In this document: positions 40,609-52,000 of the stretch, piece by piece | How the letters are laid out: every line of letters starts with the position of its first letter | Numbering within the stretch: position 1 is the first letter of the stretch | DNA from: Rozella allomycis CSF55 | Taxonomy: Eukaryota | NCBI GenBank assembly: GCA_000442015.1 | Contig: KE561226.1 | Coordinates: 1 to 59,181 of the forward strand | Reading direction: 5' to 3' | Length of the DNA: 59,181 nt | Translations under genes and position numbers: made by a program | Notes under the pieces: model-generated | The model's input: the letters and a program-made list of their open reading frames with translations, nothing else | Told to the model about the DNA's origin: nothing | Database searches by the model: none

Positions 40609-40815
40609 GGAAAAACAAATTTCAGAAATTTCACGCTTGAATATCAAACGTCATCAGATTAATAGATTAATATTTTTTTGCCATATTTGATTAAAATGAA
40701 ATCCAACATATTTTATTGTAAAAGAACGGTAACTGTAACTGTTTATTTAAAACTAAATACTTAATAGTCAATTCTATAATTTTGATGTCATTCTACATTT
40801 TGCAGTCCTAAATTG

Positions 40816-41709
40816 TCATTCAGTTGTTGGTATACTTGTATATTTAATATTTTGCGCTTGCGGCGAGTAATTTTCATCTTCGTTACTGTCTTTGTATAAT
40901 TTGTCAACCTTTTTCGCCTTATCATCAACTTTTAACAGGAAGTCTTGAATGATTTCAACTTTCTCGTTGGCTTCTTTTTGAATTTGTAGCATTCGTTCTT
41001 GGTTTTCCAATTCCGAAAAGTAATTTATAGCATCACCAACGAAGTGGCTAGTGAGATAATACGTACCAGTACAACCTAATAAGAATGCAGGAATCCAAAG
41101 AGTATGCAGTCCGATTCTATCGTATGAAATGCATCCTATAGTAGCACCTAATATGTAACCTAAAAACAAAGGAATAAACACACCAAATTTCCAATTATCT
41201 TTCGCTTTTCCTCGCTTGAAAATAATCTGGGCGGTAAGTGTACCAAGATCAGTCAAAATTCCAGTCATATGTGTCGTTCGTAGCACTGCTCCACTATACA
41301 CTGAAGCCATGGCATTTTGTAAACCACTTGAAAATGCTAAAAGAAATTGACCTAGAATGCTCCCATTGTGAAGAACAAGATATCCCAATAGAATAGAAAA
41401 GGTTTCTGTGATCATAACCCAACCATAACTTCGAGCGAGCTTGAAATTTCCGGCGCCATCTTGTACAATCAGGCCAGATGTCAAACTACCTATCCAAAAC
41501 GAGCAAATAAGGCCAAAATGAGATGCTAGCTTTGAAGTATTAGTACGAGCAAAATCTATTCCAATGTTTGTAACAGTTCCAGTTACGTGAGTAACAGGAA
41601 CCGACAGAAAACTTGAAAGTGAAATTGAATTTATCATTCCCGCAACAAAAGAAAGAATTGAACCCCCAGTAACAACTATAGCGAATTCTTTTCTTTCAAA
41701 GGTATTCAT
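40816..41709 (-). CDS. DUF1275/YoaK-family multi-pass membrane protein
   Basis: LSFVAGMIN, VTHVTG, GLQNA and RTTHMTGILTDLG motifs with about six TM helices. Intronless. Confidence 0.85.
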   Translation of the reverse strand: MNTFERKEFAIVVTGGSILSFVAGMINSISLSSFLSVPVTHVTGTVTNIGIDFARTNTSKLASHFGLICSFWIGSLTSGLIVQDGAGNFKLARSYGWVMITETFSILLGYLVLHNGSILGQFLLAFSSGLQNAMASVYSGAVLRTTHMTGILTDLGTLTAQIIFKRGKAKDNWKFGVFIPLFLGYILGATIGCISYDRIGLHTLWIPAFLLGCTGTYYLTSHFVGDAINYFSELENQERMLQIQKEANEKVEIIQDFLLKVDDKAKKVDKLYKDSNEDENYSPQAQNIKYTSIPTTE

Positions 41710-41824
41710 TTAAATATTCCTTCGGGAAATATTCTTCCTCGTTCATAAGCAGTTTCCGAATTTTTGGTGGCGCTTTTGTAAAATTTCTTTTCATCCCATT
41801 GCCCCTGGTTAAAGCATTTAAAAA

Positions 41825-42322
<498 letters not shown>

Positions 42323-42431
42323 ATAAAATATATTTCATTTTTTCACATTTGCGGTAAACTTTATAATGGAGTAATACAATCAATAAATTGGAATGTAAAA
42401 AGTTGCGTAAACCTGTATCTTCGGAGATTTA

Positions 42432-44321
42432 ATGAAGAGTAGAACTTCGTTTATTGCCGAAAAGCCTTCAATAAGCAACAATGATCTACTTCTTAAAAAT
42501 GGTTTGAGCATTGATGGCAATCAAAATCTTTCACGAGTGTCATGGAGTAAATCAATCGCATTTGCAGAACACAGCGATGCGAAGCAAGAACTTAATCAAA
42601 TGGACTCTATCGTATTTGAATCTAGCGTTAATATACAACAAGATGTTTCCACTAAGAAAAGAAAAGAGTTACAGGAAAGAATTCAAATCCTAAAAAGAAA
42701 ATTGAGAGTTCTAGTGAGAACCATGATAAATTCTGCCAGAATGGAAAAGAATAATGAAGTAAATAGAGATTCCTTCATTGCAATTGGAAAATCTAATACT
42801 AATCTCTCTCCTCTCATTGCTGTTCGCGACGAAAGACCAACTTTCCAAGTCGATGACTATAAAGTGAAGAAACAAAATTTGATGATTACTGATAATCTAA
42901 TTAATACAGTATTAAGGAAACAACCAGAAAATAGATCAGAGGCGGATTTTATAACGATTGATCAATTAGTTCAAACGATTCCGTACTTTAAGTCTTATGC
43001 CAGATTTCCTGTGTTAAGAAGGCAAATCAGCAAATCTCTTGTTTTTCAAAAGTTTGAAAGAGGGCGGGTTATTCTTAAGCAAGGTCATCATCCTCCTTGT
43101 TTTGTTTATTTCATTATCAAAGGGCATGTTTCGGTTACTCGTATTGCAACAAGTGATGGCAAGACTAGTGAATGGACAAAGACATTAAAAGAGGGTTGTA
43201 CGTTCGGGGATCTTGAAGTTAAACATGACATACCCAGGGTTGCTACAATTACAGTTCTAACTGATGAAGTATATTTGTTCATGATGCATCAGGAAGCATT
43301 CATTCCATTAATTTCTTCTTTTTCATCTCAACTCAATGAAGAAAACGCAAAGATGATTAAAAGTATTCCATCTCTAAAAGACTTGCCGGATGATATCATT
43401 CAAGCATTAGCAAAAGAATGCTTTGTTGGTGATTTCCCATACCATAGTTTAATAATAAGACAACGAGAGTGGTACCCTGAACATGTGTATTTTGTTCTTA
43501 AGGGTAAGTGCAGCGTGGTGAGAGCAGTCGGGGTGAGGAACAGTATTAACTCTTCTAGCCGAAATTACAGTCTTGCATCTCAATCTTCCAGTAATGTTGC
43601 ACTTCTTCAAGCGACTACTATTGATGTTGGCGGTATGTTTGGAGATGAGAGCATGTTTCTTCTTCCAAATATCCCAGATAGAAAGTCATGCCTACGAGAA
43701 CATGTTGGGTACCCAGTGGTGTTTTCAAGTTTTGAAAAGTATAATGAAAATGCTGCCAAATCAAATAAGAGTATAGAATTAACTGAAGAAGATATACAGC
43801 AAGTGTTTGATTTCCAAGCAATTTCAAATAGAAACAGAGCAGTACAAGAAAATGAATACAAGGATACCACCATTTCCTTGAACTTTAGAAAAAGGAACAG
43901 CATTGCTCCAGTCGCATGTTACAGAAAGAATATTTTTAGTGTGATGCCAATCTCGCAAGTACAATGTTTGTTGCTGCCAAAAGTACATCTGCTCAAAACT
44001 TTAGATGATATTCAATACAAAGAGCTACAATACAAATCGTTTAGTCATAACTTGATGAGACTAATTAGCGAAGAATCAATAGCAGAAAATCACACGCCTA
44101 TCGATCATAGATGTCAAATTTACCGACCTACTTCAATCATAAAACCTGAAGGTTTTGACGATAGATTGGGATCCCAAACACTATATTTACGCAAAGAGGC
44201 TCATCACATGGCGTACGATCCATTTGAAGCCATGATTGATATGACGCTTTGGAAATCTTATCAAAGACAAGAAGAATGGCAAAGATATAGAAACGATTTA
44301 CTTAAAAGATCACATAAATAA
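42432..44321 (+). CDS. Protein with two cyclic nucleotide-binding domains (CNBD2-like)
   Basis: GRVILKQGH..YFIIKGHV..GCTFGDL..PRVATI and a second unit LIIRQ..VYFVLKGKC..GGMFGD. Intronless, 629 aa. Confidence 0.8.
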   Translation: MKSRTSFIAEKPSISNNDLLLKNGLSIDGNQNLSRVSWSKSIAFAEHSDAKQELNQMDSIVFESSVNIQQDVSTKKRKELQERIQILKRKLRVLVRTMINSARMEKNNEVNRDSFIAIGKSNTNLSPLIAVRDERPTFQVDDYKVKKQNLMITDNLINTVLRKQPENRSEADFITIDQLVQTIPYFKSYARFPVLRRQISKSLVFQKFERGRVILKQGHHPPCFVYFIIKGHVSVTRIATSDGKTSEWTKTLKEGCTFGDLEVKHDIPRVATITVLTDEVYLFMMHQEAFIPLISSFSSQLNEENAKMIKSIPSLKDLPDDIIQALAKECFVGDFPYHSLIIRQREWYPEHVYFVLKGKCSVVRAVGVRNSINSSSRNYSLASQSSSNVALLQATTIDVGGMFGDESMFLLPNIPDRKSCLREHVGYPVVFSSFEKYNENAAKSNKSIELTEEDIQQVFDFQAISNRNRAVQENEYKDTTISLNFRKRNSIAPVACYRKNIFSVMPISQVQCLLLPKVHLLKTLDDIQYKELQYKSFSHNLMRLISEESIAENHTPIDHRCQIYRPTSIIKPEGFDDRLGSQTLYLRKEAHHMAYDPFEAMIDMTLWKSYQRQEEWQRYRNDLLKRSHK

Positions 44322-44338
44322 CTTTAGCTGATTTTATT

Positions 44339-44596
44339 CTAGTTTCTTTTCTGCGCTTTCGGAACTCCAACAGTTATTGATGGCACTAATGCGCCCAATT
44401 TCATACCCACCATTTCTTCTCTAACGATTAAAGGTAAAAACTTGTGCCCGTTGTGTACATAGAGCTTTGCACCAACAAAGCCTGGTATTATGGTACAGTT
44501 CCTGCTGTAAGTCTGCACCCCAGCCTTTGTAACATCCTTTTTTATTGCTTCATAGAGGTTTAAGTCAACAAACGGACCTTTCCATTTTGCCCTCAT
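44339..44596 (-). CDS. RSM19: Mitochondrial ribosomal protein uS19
   Basis: WKGPFV, TYSRNCTIIPGFVG, VHNGHKF and EEMVGMKLG. Confidence 0.92.
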   Translation of the reverse strand: MRAKWKGPFVDLNLYEAIKKDVTKAGVQTYSRNCTIIPGFVGAKLYVHNGHKFLPLIVREEMVGMKLGALVPSITVGVPKAQKRN

Positions 44597-44743
44597 TGTT
44601 CAGATTGAACCTACAAGGGTTCATATCCAATTTTCTAATCACCAATCGCCATTAACAATTAAACTTCTTTGAAATATGCATATTTCATTATTATACGCAA
44701 TCATTTTTTAAATAGCTTCTCGTTGTAATTTTCAGGAAAACAA

Positions 44744-45189
44744 ATGAGTGACGAAACTAATGAATCTTACGATTCAATTCCTAGTTTCTCGATTGAGGAT
44801 TTTGAAATGCCTAAATCTAGCATTTTTAAAATGCTAAAGGAAGAATTTAACTCGACAGTACAAATACACAAAGACACGAAGAATGTAATATCAAAAATTT
44901 TAATAGTATTTGTCTGCTTCCTAACAAATGAGTAATTCCCCTTATAACATTTATTAGGGCTGGTAAGATCGCATCAAAGAAAGGACAAAAGTCGCTCTCA
45001 GCGAAGCATGTTCTGGAGGCGCTGAAAAGTATTGAATATCCAGAATTCGTAGATGAAATTCAAAGTAAGTTTCTGTATTTATAAAAAGTAGGTACTTTAA
45101 GTCTTCGTAAATCAGGTAAAGGCCCAACTGTTACAGAACCTTCGCAGGTCGATTCTTTAGACCAAGCGCGTACAGATCAAAGCATATAA
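44744..45189 (+). CDS. Histone-fold NF-YB-type protein, DPB4/POLE3-like (NC2-beta not excluded)
   Basis: IEDFEMPKS..KMLKE..VFVCFLTNEA..KSLSAKHVLEALKSIEYPEFV. Introns 44932-44957 and 45065-45091. Confidence 0.75.
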
Positions 45190-45274
45190 TAATTAATAAA
45201 TTTTTTCCGTTAATTACACTTTTCAGGATGCCAGTCACATCATTAGTCGACTCAGCCCCTCTGAACCAATTCAT

Positions 45275-45842
45275 ATGTCTCACAGAGAGATTGATATTGA
45301 TGCTTATGACGAAGATCAATATATAGACGAAGAAGTAAATCAAATTTCCAATTACGTACAATAATTATACACGTTCGTTACTTATAGGATACAAAGTTAA
45401 CCCAGGCCGGTGCAAATATCAAACAATTATTACAAAAGTAACAAATTTCTTACTTTTTAACCTAAAGAAATGATATTTTAAATGCTTTGCAGGTGATTTT
45501 AGAATCTCCAATCGAAGGGAAGAATGTCCCACAATCAATAAAGGTAACTCGCTTATCATTAATGATGATACCAGGATAAACAACTGAGCATGTTAATGGA
45601 TATATTACAATGTGCAAAATCTCAAGAAGTTTTGTCAATTATTAAAGGACTGACAAGTTCACATCATGATACGCTGATGAAATTCATTTACAATGGTATG
45701 GCACGTCCAGAAATATATCAACCACCTTTATTGCTGTTATGGCACGAAAAAGTAACTTTGAACGCATTTTATTCTGTAGATTGTGGAGCATACTGGGCTT
45801 GGAACGATTATTAGGGTATTGACGGATAAACATAGTGTTTAA
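45275..45842 (+). CDS. ARPC5: Arp2/3 complex subunit 5
   Basis: REIDIDAYDEDQY, DTLMKFIYNGMARP, LLLWHEK|IVEHTGLGTIIRVLTD. Four introns. Confidence 0.93.
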
Positions 45843-45898
45843 TTTAAATATAACATAGTGTTTAATTTAAATTATTTTCACTTCAAGTGTTTAAGACT

Positions 45899-47692
45899 TT
45901 ATTTATTAGTTTGTTTTTCATAAAAAAGAAGATAAGCCTCCTTTGATACCAAAGCTGGTTTCCCCAACTTTGAGTCCTTGTCGTTAACAATGTACCATTT
46001 TTCATTAAGCTTAACATTGGCATAATAGTGGCCATTTGATAGAGTGCCATTATGATTACAAATCGCGAAAAGCTCGTAACTTAGATCTAATTTTGAACAA
46101 TGATTTTGATCACTTTGCTGTTCTGGGACATCTGCTCCCAAGGCATTAATATTCAATAATTCAGGAAGTACTATTTGAGTATTTAACTTTTCTAATTTGT
46201 CTTCTATTTGAATGAAACGTTTCAATTCTATTTAATGATCAATGTGTCACCTTACGAATGACCAGTATTTGAGGATGAGTTATAACAGACATTTTCTTTT
46301 CAATCATTTGCGCCTTAGTACACTGTGAACATACGTAGTTTGCGCTTTTGTCTATTATTTCAGAGGAAAAAAAGGTCTCCAAGCAATCCTCAAGGTTCAC
46401 TTTAGTAGGTGGCCCCTTCAAACTAACAAGTACTCTTTGTTACTTCTTCGGATAATGTTGCAATAGGAATTTATAAATCCCAAAATTGGTCAAAAGATTT
46501 GGAAATATGAAAGCATTTACAGCAAGTTACCTTACTCTCTAGCATTCCGCAAAATATATCAGAAAGAAAGCTGTTTGAGACCAAATGCTGCTTTTTCCAT
46601 AGAAAATCGGATTTTATAACGTTCCTATACAATCATTTGGAAGGCGGTACGGTAAAGAATCTACATCTTTTTGTTTAAAGTTAAATTTTGCGTTAAACTT
46701 CACTCTATTCATTTCATCATGTAATAGAACTAAAAGAGAGTTCAAAAATTCATGGGCATCATGCTGTCTGAGTTTTTGAATTTTGTTTGCTTTTACTCGT
46801 TTCCTTGAAAAGTAGAATTATGATTCTCAACTATCGATTTGATGCTAGAACCATCACAAATACTAGTGGATATCCAATATTGCCTTAACCAATTTTCAAA
46901 TGCTATATTGATTCCAAATGATTAATACTAGTGATAACTACACTCGCATTCGGTTTCTTATTCTTAAAGTACACCACTAGTGGTTTTATACAAGACAAGC
47001 ATTGCAAAACAGCGTTTATGTAACACTTGTACCAAAAGAATAAATATTATACAGTGTTTCCAAGATTTTGAAGACCTACAGGTGCATTAATATCTTCAGG
47101 ATTGTATTTTTTCATTAACTATGTCGTTACGGCTGTTATAATTACCGCTTCAATATCTCTCCTAAAAAGCGCTAGATCTATTTTTAAGACATCATTAATT
47201 GAGAAAGTTTTGTCTGGCTTCCCCAGCACTGTCAATGCTTTGTCAATATCTGGTGTCATAGGGGATTTTAAAGGCGCCTGGATTGCTGGAAATTGTTTTG
47301 AAGGAATTGGTGATTTCGGCGAAAACTCTTTGGATGCGTTTTGTGGAGGCGAGACATTAATTGTTAATGAATTATTCTTTTTCATTTTTTCTGGAGCTGA
47401 TAGTTTATACTCTTCTTTCGATGACAATGAATCACTAGATCCAGTATAATTTCCTCTAGCTTTGGGTTTAAAAGACAATGGTTTTTCTTTCTTCTTTTTT
47501 GCACTCTTATTCTTTCCTTCATTAAGTCTTTCAATAGAACTATTCAGTTTCTAAGCTTTCAAAATATATGAAAAATTATACTTTCGTGCCTAAAGCGCTT
47601 GTCTTTGGTTCATCATTAAGTGGTTCTAAATTAGCATCCGGTGATTTATCTTTGAGACCACCTTTAAGGAGGTTCAATTTGAAAGATTTCAT
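45899..47692 (-). CDS. Ubiquitin-specific protease (peptidase C19)
   Basis: Cys box GLQNLGNT|CYINAVLQCL, QHDAHEF, and His box CNHNGTLSNGHYYA..WYIVND..AYLLFYEK. Multiple short introns. Confidence 0.92.
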
Positions 47693-47835
47693 TTTTGTCG
47701 GTAACCAGGACACTGCCAACAAGATGCGGAATCTAACTTATTTACGGCACTGTATTTGGTAAAATTATGAGTATACAATCATTTATGTAATGTGAATATG
47801 ACAGACTACTATCTTTTGAAATAGATTTCTTTATT

Positions 47836-48950
47836 ATGACAACGAGAAAATCAAGAGAGTCAAAGAACACTTGGTTTTCTATCGCCCTCCAAGATCACAT
47901 TGTCAAGGAATTAGATCTTGGACTAGGCATAAAAAGTAAACTCTCGCGCTAAAATTAAGAGGATTTAATAAGAAATATAAATGTTCAACCCGTTTGAAAA
48001 AATATGTAGACTCTTCACAAGCTTCACAAGAAAGGGTACTTGATGAACGTGACACATTTCGTTCTTTGGCTCATGAAATAGGCCTAATTGATTATTCCAA
48101 TGGCAAACTTACAGAAGAGAATTGGCAAAACATAAAAGTTAAAAGTCATGATCGAGGCACTAATTTTGATTCATGTCCCGTTTGCCAAGAAGGATGGCAT
48201 TTAGGAACTCAAGTATACATTAAAATTAAAAGAGATAAGGTATTATTAAGTTGCAGTCATTCATTCCATTTAAAATGTATTAAAACGTATGAAACGCACA
48301 TATCCAAGAAATGCTGTCCAATATGCCGAGAGACAAATTATAGTAAAAGGGTTATATTTGAAGGCAAAAAACGAGCAATGGAAATGTCAGCGATACTGTA
48401 AGATGCATATTAGAATTACACTATAGAATCCAAAAAGTATACCGCGGATACAAAACAAGAAAGCAATTCAGAAACATATTACAAAGTCAAGAGCCGATAA
48501 ATAAAAGGTGGAAGAAGATACATTATGAGGACAAGGTAAAATATTCTTTTTAGTTATCATCTGTGCATGAGAATAGGAGAAACAATGGATGCCACTCTGC
48601 AAGAAGACTCAATGGAACTGTCAAATTTTCTTGATGAAATGGACGAAATCATTAACCGTTCGAAATCAGTTAATTTAGAATCTACCGATGAAAAGTCTAA
48701 AGAAGACACACTATGGGATAGGATTGAAGAGTCTTTTCGGGAGCATCAGCAGGATTCATGTCCTATTTGTTTAGAGCAACTTTGGAAAATGAATAATCCG
48801 TTCAGGAAGACATACATTTTGAGTTGCTCGCATGCGTATCACGGGACATGTATTAAAAACTTTGAGAAATTCAGTTCAAGTTTGAAATGCCCTGTTTGCA
48901 GAACTGAATATACAAGAAAAGAAATAAGACAAGAAATAAAGGATCATTAA
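47836..48950 (+). CDS. RNF32: RING finger protein 32-like (two RING-H2 domains and an IQ motif)
   Basis: N-terminal ALQDH, two CPxC...LSCSHxxHxxC...CPxCR fingers, separated by IQKVYRGY. Confidence 0.85.
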
Positions 48951-48986
48951 TGCAAGTACCATAATGGGTTAATCATATTCAATTTA

Positions 48987-51732
48987 TTAAAACAAATTAG
49001 TGATCCATTGATATATTCTGTTTTCATTTTTCTTTCTTTTAGATCTCTTTTGTTTGGTATTGGCGCTGATTATGGAGGCGTTACTTTCTTTAAATTGGTG
49101 GAAATGTTTATCCAACTCTTTCATTTGCAAAGACTGATCAACGAGAGGCTTGTAAGAAACATTCAGTGTTGAAATCAAGAATGCATATTCATAAGCAAGT
49201 TCCTATTAGAAACCAAAAATGAATTTTACATCAAGATGGCTGTACTGACCAGATGAGCCGCCGTGCCCACTATCTTCAATTCTGAGGATTAAAAGATTTG
49301 AATCAGTTTTGTAATCACGTAACTTTGCAACAAATTTTGCTGGTTCAAAGTATGCAACTCTTGGATCATTCATTCCACCAACAACCAGCATGTTGGGATA
49401 CGCTTGGTTAGATATATTAGAGTATGGACAATAAGCTTTCATGGCATTGTAAATCTTTTTGTCTTTTGGATTGCCCCACTACAAAAATATAAAGCTATTG
49501 TTGTTACTTCTTCATATTCAAAAGCAGTCCATGGAATGGATGAATCAAACATTGTGTTAATAACATCCACAAATGGAACTTCAGTAAGAACAGCTTTAAA
49601 CAGATCTGGCCTTTGATTGACAACTGCGCCAATTAATAAGCCACCAGCAGATCTTCCATAGATTGATAACTTTTCAGTGCAAGTGTAGCCTTCTTTAATA
49701 AGAAATTCAGTGCAGCTAATAAAATCATTGAAAGTGTTTTGCTTTTTCAATAATTTGCCTTCAGAATACCAAGGCATTCCCATGTCTGCACCCCCGCGAA
49801 CATGAGCAATGGCGTAAATGAATCCACGATCAAGTAAGCTTAATCTGTTGGAGTTGAATATGGGAGAAATACATCCACCATAGGCGCCATAAGCATACAA
49901 GAGACATGGATTAGGGTTTTGTTCTTTATACAATAAATCCTATAATGATAAAGATGAATAAATACTTTTCTGTAAACAAGAGACATTGGAATTGCAGTTC
50001 CATCAATCCCAGTAGCAAATAATCTTTTTTGAGCGTATTTAGAACGATCATAGTTGGTAACCACTTGCATGTGAACAATGGAACTAGTTTTGTCATCCAT
50101 ATTATAATCAATGACTTGTTTAGGATCAACAAGAGAAGTAAATGTATATCTAAGAATGTTTGACTCAAACAATGATTGTTTATTCAAATCAGCGCTTTCT
50201 TCAGCTATCGTTCCCAACCAAATTGAATAAACAAGATCAGAGAATGAAACGTAATGATAGTTTTCAAAATTATTTGAATCTGAAATATCAATTATTCTCA
50301 AGTTTTGGAGACAATTGCTTCTTTCAAGTAAAATCAAATGTTTTTGTCTCATTTGAAGTTCTTCTATATACACAAAATCTCTATGTTCAATTACAATTGT
50401 TCTAGACTGTTCTATTAACGGAGCCTTTACAGGAATTCTAAACAAGAAATTGTTTTTGACATTTTCATTTGAAAGAATATAAAAGAATCCATTATGATGT
50501 TCACAAGTATAATTAACATACTTCTTTCTCGGATAAACAACAACTGGCTCTCCTTCGGGGTCATCAAAAGAAATGAACCTTGTTTCAGATGTGATTTGAG
50601 CGCTGGAATTTATAAACAAATAATTCCCATCGCATGATTTATTTAACGTTAAAAAGAACATTTCATCTTTCTCTTCCAACAGCAAAACATCTTCTGATAT
50701 CATTTTTCCAATTTCATGTCTTTTCAATTGGAACGCCCTCTCAGTATCATCCAACAGCAAATAATAAACAAATCTTCCACACCGAGAAAAATGCAATCCA
50801 CCTTCAGATACATTTTCTAAAACTTCGCTTAAAACTTTTCCAGAATCCTTATTCTTAAAATAAACCGTATATCGTTCATTCCCAGCCAAATCTACTCCAT
50901 ACGCAATCAAATCATTCGCTTGACAATGCCTCAAAAATCCCACATTAAAGAATGTGGTTTCATTATTCAATTCTGATGCCAATAGATTTTCATTCAAATA
51001 AACTTGTTCAACATTGTTTGAAGAAATTCTACAATGCAGAGAATACTCTTCACCTTCAATTCTTTTGGTGTAATATGTGTATCCATCCTTTAAAGTAACT
51101 TTGGGTGATTCTTCATTTTCATCAATTCTACTGATGAATTCTTGATACAAGACCTGTTGAATTTGCATTATTTGTTTCTTACTTTTTGCAACACTGAAGT
51201 ATGAGCCATTGCTTCCTCCGAATATCTATTCTCAGATTCCAAATACTTTATCAAATCTGGATCCTCTCTATTGGTAAAATACGCATAATCGTCATTAAAT
51301 GTATCCCCATGCACATTCACAATACTGGTGCTCTTCTTGACAGCCCGTGGTGGATCTATTTGCACCGGACACGCAATTTGCCCCCTTCGTCTACTTTACT
51401 CTACTCCCAGTCACTTACACAGACTCCTCCAATATCCCCTTCAATTTACACCACGAATCCAAATACGTCTCTGGCGCATTCCTAGTAAGGTTCACAATAG
51501 CACTGGCTATATCAGGCACCATCTGGATAAAATTATTGCTGCTCTTTGATACATACGCGTCCATGTTGTCTAATGTGTCCTTTTTCATGTATTGCGTGTT
51601 TACAGGATTGAAAAGAGAAGATGCGGATAGCTTTCTTGTTAATGGGGTGCCTGGCTGTTTAGATGATATAGATGATCGGAATGTCATTTTGTATATTGGT
51701 CGGATCCAATTCACCCAGGGTCTTGAGCGCAT
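48987..51732 (-). CDS. Oligopeptidase B-like prolyl oligopeptidase family protein (S9A) with N-terminal extension
   Basis: VHGDTFNDDY..YLESEN, YAYGAYG, RLSLLDRG, catalytic GRSAGG / NDPRV / SGHGG, VPFVDV and YEE|WGNP. Five introns of 26-29 nt. Confidence 0.92.
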
Positions 51733-52000
51733 ATGCTAAATTAAGATTTGATGGAATAAATATTTCAGTTTTGTTATTCTAAAAGGTTAAGATGTTCGGA
51801 TTACATGACCATGAGAATAATTACCAGAATAAATCTTACGAGAATTGTTGCTTTATTAAATCGCTGATGAATAGATACTTTCTGAATCCTTTTAATATAT
51901 ATCTAACTACCGTCTTTCAACCATTAACGTTCAACTATACAAAATTATTCTCGGCCCTGATATAAATAGAGTGTCGACCCTGGACACATTTGTTGACGAT

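Noticed and set aside
45065-45147. Possible sixth tandem-intron array in the DPB4-like gene (AG|GT at 45091, 45115 and about 45147)
   Set aside because: After the first 27-nt intron the frame is open to a stop at 45189. The next unit would be only 24 nt and the sequence looks coding. Not excluded without RNA data.
45828-45872. Short direct repeat AACATAGTGTTTAATTTAAAT duplicating the ARPC5 stop region
   Set aside because: A single local duplication in a 3' UTR with no evidence of function.
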